Source: Octopus vulgaris
Lineage: Eukaryota
NCBI GenBank assembly: GCA_951406725.2
Contig: OX597820.1
Span: 45,322,001 to 45,386,000, forward strand
Direction: 5' to 3'
DNA length: 64,000 bases
In this document: one piece after another, positions 54,517 through 64,000 of the stretch
How the letters are laid out: each line of letters begins with the position of its first letter
Position numbering within the stretch: position 1 is the first letter of the stretch
The notes under the pieces: generated by a model
Told to the model about the DNA's origin: nothing
The model's database searches: none
What the model saw: the letters and a program-made list of their open reading frames with translations, nothing else
Made by a program: the position numbers and the translations under genes

Positions 54517-55199
54517 GTACCATGGACGCAGCCTCAAGGCTGAAACATATAAAAGAATATACAGTGCACATATATTTATAATACTGAATGATAGAGTGTA
54601 ACAAAGAACAAGGAAAGTGTGAAGTAATGCTAAGAAAAAAAATGTGACGTTCTAAGAAGAAACGGAGGAAAGGGATTAGATAGGGAGAAAGAAGGGTTGA
54701 AAGTAAGAAGAGTGGGAAGAAAATTGTAAGAATAAATGATGGGGGAATAGATAAGATGATGGGTTAGTCGAAAGACGGATAAATAGACAGTGTGAAAACG
54801 AGAAGGTAGGAGTGGATGACACAAAAATAAAAGGTTCAGGAAAGGAAAGAAGAAAAGGAGGAAAAAAAAGTAAGTGGTGTAAATTGAAGAGTGAAAGAAG
54901 GGGAGGGAAGTCACATGCATTCACACACATACAAGCGCTTGCACACGTTCACCTGTTAAATATGTGCCGATTAAGATATTCAAGATGACTACACTGCCTA
55001 TAGAATAATTCTGTAAGTTGTGTGAAATACACTTCTAGATTCACACATTCAAAAACCAATTAAGACATAAATAATTTAAATGATTGGCTTTCATATACAA
55101 AATTTAGAACACAATTAAAGAAATAAAGTTAATTAATGCAACTGAAGACGATTAGAAATCTGTGGAATGAAAACTGATTCGATTGTGTTGAAATATCAT

Positions 55200-56908
55200 T
55201 AGTACACAATGTCAGTAAATAAAGGAACTTTTGAGGATATATTTTGGCTTTTAGCTTTTATTATTTAAGTCTTTCTGTGATCTCGGGTCCAATGAAAATG
55301 CTTGCTTTCAGTTTTGCGTCACTTTTCTCTACACCAAATTTTACTTTTAGGTACTAGAAGCCACAACCACCCTGTGTCATTGCTTTTACGAAGTTTTTCA
55401 TGAGGTCGAGTTTGATGCGAAGGGTTGGAAGGAAGAGCTTTTTGCGGGTATACCAGTGGCATATGATGCACACAGTACCGTCTAACTATGCGCTCATCTC
55501 TTTTAGGCCAGTCTTTTACTGTGTAATGAGTTCTGTCGTGGTGGCTGTTCCAAACACACAAGAAGCACATATTTTTGGTATATCAAAGTTGCAGTCATAG
55601 GAAGAGAGAAACCTTTAAATCACCACAAATATTCCACTTGTGAACTGAGTAATAAACTCCTTTCAGAAAGAGTTCCATCGATTCATAAGTTTCTTCCATA
55701 CCGATAACATGACCCACAGAAATGGAAGGTTTTTCATTACCATTATGTGACAACACAGCTTTGAGGCTAACCTTACACGAGTCTATAAACAATCTCCATT
55801 CGTTAGCTTCATGCACGTGTCCTAATTTTTGCATTAGTGCATTAACGTCAGTACAGAAACAAGCATTACTTTCTTGCTTGAAAAAGACAAATAAGCCTTT
55901 ATGACGAGAGCGGAAAATGGAAATTTTCGTACCTTTCAGTAGGAGATTCCGATGTTGTAGTTTGGATCCCGAAACTTCTACCCTTTCCTTTGACAATGCT
56001 ACGTCTCTTCCTAAATCGTTCGAAACTTCTTGATTAAATTAGCCTGGCTCATTTTTCTTAGAATCCTCTACTTACTCTTCGTCGATAGGAGAGTCAGAGG
56101 GTTCATTGTGCTACGTGTCAAGATTTTCAAGTGAAGCGTGTGAGAGGGGAACTGGGACAGGGTTCTCAAAGTCATATGAGACTGGTTTTAGAGCCGACTT
56201 ACAATCTACATACGCAATTTTTGCTTTGGTCTTCTTTGAGAAACCACTAATATTTAGTCATGCAAAAGTAACAACCAGACACATAATTGGTTGGCTCATG
56301 CCATACCATTGGTACTGCAAAAGGCTTTCCCTTCCATTTTCCATTCAGCCACTGTGTAAGCCCTGAGTAACACACGGTATAGCATATATGAGGTGCCCAC
56401 CTCTTGTCTTGGTCTCTAACTTTACACATGAAATAATATTTATAGGCAATTTTAAATTTGGAGCAATGTTCCTCCGCTGGTCACGCGAATCAAGTTTTCC
56501 ACTGACATAACAAAAGTTGTCTGGATGATTCACACAGCCTCTCCTATTCATGATCTAACACAATGAACACACTTAAAACAGTAAAAACGCAGAACGAGAG
56601 ATACCAAGAATAAACTGACGTATTTGGCATTGCACACAATACGTCGGCGCCATCTATTGCTAAACTAAATAATGAACTTTCTCATCGCTTGTTTTATTGC
56701 TGTTATTTTTTAATTTTGAATTAAGACCGCTTTAATTTTAGCAATTTTTATAATACGGCCTATATCTTATGGTTATAATCTTTCGCATGCGCATAACTCA
56801 AAATCCTGACGTGCTAGAACAATTCTGAGTGCGGATTCGGAATCGGCATCCTCGATTTAAGCTAAAACACTGGCTTTTACCCCAGTAGCAAAACTTTGTT
56901 GTCCAGTG
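55200..56908 (-). mobile_element. Decayed Chapaev3 (CMC superfamily) DNA transposon
   Basis: CVNHPDNFCYV.G, DQDKRWAPHIC, PFAVPMVWHEP.N...CYFC, WRLFIDS.K.SLKAVL.HNGN, WNICGDLKV; CACTG terminus (minus) at 56908. Confidence 0.8.
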
Positions 56909-57527
56909 TTTTGTATATTTATATATTTAGTCGAGTGGTTGGAGATTTAGGTACAGAAAGAGAAGTTACTACAATTACAGTTGCTTGAAGGGGTAGATTT
57001 CGAGCCAGTTTTCTTAAGTTTAATTAGACAAGGCGAGTCGCAGGGTATAAGATTTTTATTATATCTTATCGAACGTTTAATGGTAGTTATGTTCTAGGAA
57101 ACTTTTCTGAATTAATCAATAGATGTAAGCTTCTTCTGTAGAGGTTCTTCCAGAATATATTTCTCATTCTTCTTATCCTTTTTTTAAAATCAATGTACCA
57201 TGTGAGAATATATAATGTTGAAATGTGATTTTGTACACGGTTTCTGAGAGAAACACATTGCATATTCCCACAGCCACAATAGATTTGGATGTTCTAATTC
57301 TTGCTTTAAAATACTCGCTTAGTAGTGGTGGGGAAAAACGACGCCAATAAAATAATATAATTAAAACGCAATAGGCTTATACTGTAAAATACCATACATT
57401 TTGTTTAGTCTAAAAACTAACAAGCCATAAACAGTATAAGTAGATATTATTGGCTGGGAATAGCATTTCGAATAATTTTCATACTATTCTACACACATAC
57501 ACACACACATATATGTGTGTATATGTA

Positions 57528-57766
57528 CAGTAATCCCTCGCCATATCGCGGTTCACCTATCGCGGTTCACCTATCGCGGTTCACCTATCGCGGTTTATTA
57601 TTTAAACTTACGTCGATTCCTCCGTGATGTTGTTTTACATTTATAATAAAATAAACATATATATAAATTTTAAAATATTAAAAAAAAACACTGTTTCTAC
57701 TTCGCGGATTTTCACCTATCGCGGGGTTTTTGGAACGTAACACCCGCAATAGTCGAGAGATTACTG
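57528..57766. mobile_element. Tigger-like MITE
   Basis: cagtaatccctcg...cgagagattactg termini; internal tandem tatcgcggttcacc x3. Confidence 0.75.
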
Positions 57767-59497
57767 TTTAGAATGTATATGTATATGCTCATATATATAT
57801 ACGTAAAGGTAAGATCCAAGGATCAAGATGTAGGAAGTTAGTAAGCTTCGAGCAGTCCGTAGGAGGTGTAATGTAGACTCGGGTGAAATTCCTCTTCCAT
57901 ATTTATCATATATACGTGCATTCGAACGTAGCAGCGGACAGCTAACCTTTAACCGCTATTTGGATCACGTTGTGTCCACTACTCTGATTGGTTGGTATTT
58001 GTGCAATTTGTCTCATACTCGATTGCCCCAGCTTGCCGCGGATAACCAGTAAGAGGCTCTAAATTGGATCACGTGGGACTACCCTGTTTCAGCCTACAGC
58101 CCCTTATAAAAAATTCAGCTTTTCGTTGTTCCGGGTCTTTGGTTCCAGACATTTTAAGGTCTAGCCACTGACCACGAAGACACAGTCAGTTCCAGCGTCA
58201 ACACTACCACAGCAGCTATATTGAGACTTACCAACTTTGTCACCATGACATTCGACAGCGTTGCGGCAACCTCCTTCTTCATAGCCACCATCATGTCCTT
58301 CTTAACGTCGTCAACATCATCTCTCTACGTATACAGCTCAGCAAGCAATTCACCCCGGTTTCAACAGTTCACTGTTTGTGAATGATTTCACAACGGATAT
58401 ACAATGATTTCACAACGAATATACAACCTGCATGAACTCCCGTGTAAGTGACCCAGGCAGCAGCATTACAGCCACGACTTCACGTACGACATGTATCTGT
58501 AACCGGCTCAGCATCATGGCCGCGACTTCTTGATACAGTATTTCAACTACCGTGTACGATTGACTACGAACTGGTATTATTATCTTTCTTGTGTCTATGA
58601 ACTTCTCACTTCGATGGCTTATGGACACTTTCACTGTCTTCTTATTGCCATCCTTAAATATTCTTAACATGCGCATGCATCTATGCCTACACATACATAC
58701 AGTTTGTTCTCATGACGGCCTGTCAATTATTTTGTATACATGACATATACAGACACACATGTTACTACATCAATAAATGTTCTCTTAATCATTTTTATGC
58801 GGTTGTGTCTCCCATCTGGCATTTATATGTTCTATTCAATTTCTCTTTATTGTAACGGTAGTGTAATGTGGTACAAAAGATCCATTCTCCTCACCTCACA
58901 TCGCACGGCCATTACAGAGGTATAAAATACAACTTTCGAGAACAATTTATTAACGTAGAAGGGTGCAAATTTCTCCCACATTGAAGTTCGATCAGCAGAA
59001 AAAAATTATTTCATAGTTCACGGTTAGCAGCTGGGGTTGCTGTGTATACGAATAAAAATCCAAATTTAGGGAATGGAGTATATAAATTCAGGCTACATAA
59101 TTCGTTGCTATTGTGTTAAATTGTCGTGTGCCCAAATTGGGTCAAATGCGTTGTTTTTTTTTCAATATTTAATTTTGCTTGCAATAGACGGTTCTTTCGG
59201 TCAAACTATCGTATCTTCCTGTGCTTCAGATGAAAATTTATCAAAGTGTAGTACAACGGTTTAGCATTTTTCAAAAGTGTAGTAAGCCCACCTATGACAG
59301 TTTTGCAAAAGGTTTCTGGCTGAAAATATCATACATGCATTGAGTTACGATGTTATGTACTCAATAAAGTATTATTATTAAGATGAAACTGTTGCTAATG
59401 TAAAAAGAAACGGAATGGTGAAACTATTTTTTCGTTTTCTGAAAAAAGCAACGTTTTGGACTTACGACACTTTTGCATAATACCAACGATATGTTTC

Positions 59498-59636
59498 ATA
59501 GCTAGCGGAACCTCGGAAGTAGTAATTACCCAAACGAGGGTTACATTCATTTGACTAAGGTATCTTCGGCCTGACGAGTAGCTAGCGGATTACCCCTCGT
59601 TTGGGTAGTTACTACTTCCGAGGTTCTGCTAGCTAT
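59498..59636. mobile_element. Small fold-back element, about 42-bp inverted arms
   Basis: tagctagcggaacctcggaagtagtaattacccaaacgaggg / ccctcgtttgggtagttactacttccgaggttctgctagcta. Confidence 0.75.
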
Positions 59637-59855
59637 ATATAGGCATGGCTATATAGTAATAAACTTACTTCCCAACCACGTGATTCCAGGTTCAGTCCCA
59701 CTGCGTACCACCTTGGGCAAGTGTCTTGTACTGTAGCCTCGGCATAGCGTCGACTGTGGGCCGGTAGCTGTGTACAGTCGCCTCAACGCCGCCCAGAGCT
59801 GTATCTGAGAAAGTAACAGTTAGTTCATAATATATATGTACGTATGTGTGTGTGT

Positions 59856-60378
59856 GTATAATGTTGCAAACCTCTTCGTGGTATGGTGGGACAGACAGTT
59901 TAAACAGTGCCTAGCGACCCGTAACATCCACTTAGCTATGTACACTCGCTACGTTGAGGACATTAACCTTGTCGTGAAATGTAATAGTAATATAGATATA
60001 GACACAGAGATAGACTCTCCTCTAAATGAAGAACAGGTGATGACTGCTATACAACACATAGCTGACTCTATTCATAGCAGTATAAAAGTTACCGTGGACT
60101 ACCCCTCTAATAGATTACCTGTCCTAGATACTGAGCTGTGGATGGAAAATACTATGGTTAACGGAACCGTTAAACCCTGTATACTCCACTCACACTATTG
60201 TAAACCTATGGCTAATCCACTGGTAATCCGTAGTGACTCAGCGATGTCGAGTACTGCCAAGCTCAACATCCTGGTGGCAGACTTAGTTAGAGTAATGAGG
60301 AATGTATCTCCACTATGCCAACCACAAGAACGACAACAACACATCCAGCACTTCATATTCCGAATGCAATGCTCATGA
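59856..60378 (+). mobile_element. Penelope-like element reverse transcriptase fragment
   Basis: ANLFV...YTRYVEDI (decayed YVDD)...IKVTVD...LPVLDTEL...HYCKPM...SAMSSTAKLNIL follows the PLE RT domain 4-7/thumb motif order. Confidence 0.75.
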
Positions 60379-60811
60379 CACTACATAGACCCTAAGGAAG
60401 ACATGTTTAAAATGTGAATGAAATTGGTTGTGTAGTTCTCAAGTTGGATCTTTTCTTTTTGAAAGCCAGATTTTCCTAGTTAACTAAACAATTTGAAACT
60501 TCGTATACTGGTAGAATGTGTCAAAAGGAAACATAATTGTAAACCAAAATGAAAACAGAATTGTAATTTCTAAGTTTAACGTTGTTTAAAAATTGGAATT
60601 TTAACCAATGATATTCTTTCTTTCGGCCTCATATTATTTACTGCTTTTCAAAATATTGTTACTGTGACGTAAACAGCTATTTTGTGACGTAGTTAACGTA
60701 AACATGTAAATAGATAACTAAAATGTAAACATCTCCGCTTATAAACTTCGTGGAGTATATATAAAATTTGTGTAGATCCTAAATAGCTACACACACATGT
60801 ATACAAACATA

Positions 60812-60872
<61 letters not shown>

Positions 60873-60948
60873 CTATACACACATATTCTAATGCATATGC
60901 ATATATGTGTATATATTTATAATGTGTGTGTATTATAGATGCATACAT

Positions 60949-61003
<55 letters not shown>

Positions 61004-61855
61004 GTTTACATACAATATATATATGTTATATACATCTACATGTATATGTATGTATGAATATATAAGAACCACAGAATTTGAATCAAACTGTTTTGATCCA
61101 TACATACACACACACACACACACACCAACACTACCATCCATGAGACATCCTAACATAATCAATGCTACTACTACTACTATCATCATCATTATCATCATCA
61201 TCCACTGCCGCCACCACCACCACCTCTACAAAAACACCAACACTATAATTGCTGCCATCGTACACATCCACTGTCACCACTACCACCACTGCCATGATAA
61301 CCACATCTACCACAGCTGTTTGCTTACTGCTTACCCACTCACAAAATAGCTATCTACGTCACATTAACACTATGCAGCTAATAATTTCAAATGAAAACAG
61401 ACAATATGATTGGCTAAGGATAGAATAAGTACTGGGCTTACAAAAAGAATAAGTCCCGGGGTCGAGTTGCTCGATTAAAGGCGATGCTCCAGCATGGCCG
61501 CGGTCAAGAGTAACATTAAAAGTAAAATATGTTTTATATGACACATTAGGGTTAGGGTTAGTGTCCGAAGGTTGAAAGTGTTTAGTTACAAAAAATATAT
61601 TTCTCGATCTGCCGTTGAAAGGGTAAAGATCCCTTATATTATTTATTTAAACCCTTTACAAACTAGAAGGGTTATGGGTCAAGAGGAAAATACATCAATC
61701 AAATGTTGGGAAGGCCATCGGTTGAATAAAACAACATTGTTCCTCAACAGAACAATAAGGCTCTATAGTTAGGGGGAAATTTACCCATTCAGTTTCAAAA
61801 CTCAGGTGGAGCCAAAAGAGGTCTCTACACATACATACGTATACACACACACACA

Positions 61856-61888
<33 letters not shown>

Positions 61889-61902
61889 CCAGACAACTTC
61901 AG

Positions 61903-61951
<49 letters not shown>

Positions 61952-61952
<1 letters not shown>

Positions 61953-62796
61953 TAGAATTGCCCGGCGTTGCTCGGGGCTGAATTGCTTGAAAGTACTGTT
62001 AATGATTGCACTGAATTATGATGATTATTCAGGCAAATATTGATATAAGTTTACGGTGGGAGATAAGGACTTAACGATCAAACGTGTGCCATTGCATTGT
62101 TTTGGGGGAACCAAATTTCTGATGAGCATTATAGGGGCACCAACTTTAAGTTTGAGAAAGTGTGGTGGTAGTCCGGGGTGCTCAAAGGAATTGAGTACCT
62201 CTATTGGATAGTTGATGACGTCCTCTGGGTCAGGAGTTGTATCGATAGACTGATATACATAGACTTCCCCAGGAATGAGTTTTAGCATTTCATCATTAAT
62301 ATGGTGAACAGTTTTATTCCTCGGGGCCAGTATAGCCTTTTTGCCAATCCAATCCATATTCTGATAATTAGCTTGTAGATCTGGGAACACTGCATCTCTG
62401 AGATCAGGAGGCGTCTTAACAATGGTACAAATGGAATCGATGGCAATATTACCATTTTCATACCCTGGTATTTTGCCTTCGCCAAGTGCAAGGAGGGTGT
62501 GAGGAAATGCTGCTGATGTGATATTACGTCGCATATGAGCACGCATATTGGTGTGAAGTTTGAGTGTTACTTCCCTTTATTTAAAAAAATATGCATTAAA
62601 ATGGAAAAAAAATGATGGTAAATTATTTTTAAAATCGTAGACTCATCGTAGACGCGCGCTAATACCCAGAAGGGCTCGATATGAATCACGACTATAAGAT
62701 ACCCGGTTTTGGTTAAACTGCATCGCAAAATGTGGGAGTAGTTAGGAATCTAAATCGGAGTAGACAGACACACAACCTTTCTTTTATATATAAAGA
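61952..62796 (-). mobile_element. Complete non-autonomous Helitron carrying a helicase fragment
   Basis: Minus strand A|TCTTTATATATAAAAG 5' end; 3' hairpin cccgagcaacgccggg then CTAG|T; ORF 62025-62546 has AILAPRN, GLPPHFLKLKVGAPIMLIRNL, CNGTRL. Confidence 0.92.
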
Positions 62797-63258
62797 TTTT
62801 CGTCCGTCCTAAAAAACTTTGTGCGGAGTGAATGGTTACCTCTATGGAAATATATACACACACATTATACATACATGTGTGTATAGATGAATATATAAAT
62901 ACATTTAAATATCTATATACACTTTTGGGCGATCTTTCTGCTACTTGGATATACTTTAGATCTTATATTCGTCCAATTCGTCCTAAATAACTTTGTATGG
63001 AGTGAATGGTTACCTCTATGGAAATATATACACACACATTATACATACATGTGTGTGTCTATATACACTTTTGGGCGACTGCTACTTAGAGATAACTTTA
63101 GATGTTAGGTGATCTAGCAAAAAGGATGACCAGTTTGACTTGCTCATCCCTGTAACACACTCACACACACGCACACACACACACACACACAGACACACAC
63201 ACACCCTCACACACACACAGACGCACACACAGACGCACACACACACACTCACACACAC

Positions 63259-63293
<35 letters not shown>

Positions 63294-63294
63294 A

Positions 63295-63918
63295 GCTTAC
63301 AATTTTATTTATATATTTGCGTGTCTATGTGTGTAAAGGGGAAGTGGGAGTAATATGCAGAGTGAAATGTTAAAATATTGAGTTTTCTCGAATTTTGTCT
63401 TAATTGGGGGTAAAATTGAAAGAAATTTTGTATGGCATGACTCAATGAAAGTACTTTGAAAAATCATGGGTAAACTCTAATTGAAGAAATTGTGTGAGGA
63501 GTAAATCGTTATGTATTTATTTGTTTCTGTTTGCTGTGTTTTTTTTTTTTAGTAGTGGTTTAAGGTACACTTCTCTCGTTTTATAGAAATAGTTTCACTT
63601 TAATCGTTGCACACTTGCAAAGAGAAAGGAGTAGAAATTAGAGTGATAGCGTGAGTGAATCAGATCGCTCCGTTTTTGTGTGTGTGTGTGTGTGCGTGTG
63701 CTCTAGCCCACAATAAGAAAAGCACTTGACTTACACACCACAATGTGAGTTTTCTCTAAATTTTGCTTAATTGGGGTTGAAATTTTAAAAACTGGACCTG
63801 GCATGACCCGATGCATTCTATTCTTAAAAATGCTAGGTAAATTGTAATTGAAGAAATCCTATATTGTAGATTTCTATAAGAGACAAATGGAGGCAGATAA
63901 AATCTGCCTTTTATAATA

Positions 63919-63922
<4 letters not shown>
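63295..63922 (-). mobile_element. Non-autonomous Helitron-like element (5' part) with internal duplication
   Basis: Minus strand TCTTATTATAAAAGG start at about 63922; an about 110-bp unit is repeated at about 63378 and about 63745. Confidence 0.5.
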
Positions 63923-63981
<59 letters not shown>

Positions 63982-63982
<1 letters not shown>

Positions 63983-64000
63983 TAGCAGTATCGCCCGGCG
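63982..64000 (-). mobile_element. 3' end of another Helitron running off the window
   Basis: a|ctagcagtatcgcccggcg mirrors the terminus at 61952. Confidence 0.6.

Noticed and set aside
57545-57595. 14-bp tandem repeats
   Set aside because: Subterminal repeats of the MITE; no spacers.
61546-61561. (TTAGGG) telomeric repeat
   Set aside because: Only about 2.5 units; such motifs are common inside non-autonomous repeats.

Overview
AT-rich, microsatellite- and SINE-saturated animal genomic DNA. The two dominant SINE families and the repeat landscape point to an octopus/coleoid cephalopod (inference). I can support only one host gene: two + strand exons (44006-44458, 47713-48857) that splice in frame to an about 504-aa CABIT-domain (GAREM/Themis/Serrano-like) protein. 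The rest is decayed mobile DNA: Tigger/pogo, several mariners, a DD41D Tc1/mariner, Chapaev3, Helitrons, a Gypsy LTR+PBS+gag remnant, and RTE, CR1, R4/Dong-like and Penelope fragments. The most notable signal is a set of short, non-coding, sequence-unrelated elements inserted in (TA)n tracts that carry type I hammerhead ribozymes. Three have complete cores (12612-12660, 38407-38488, 54271-54364), and one minimal family shows stem covariation (4035, 7171). In two cases the insertion's 5' end coincides with the predicted self-cleavage site, suggesting retrozyme/Penelope-pLTR-like elements whose RNA is delimited by ribozyme cleavage. All calls are by eye, and repeat boundaries are approximate.
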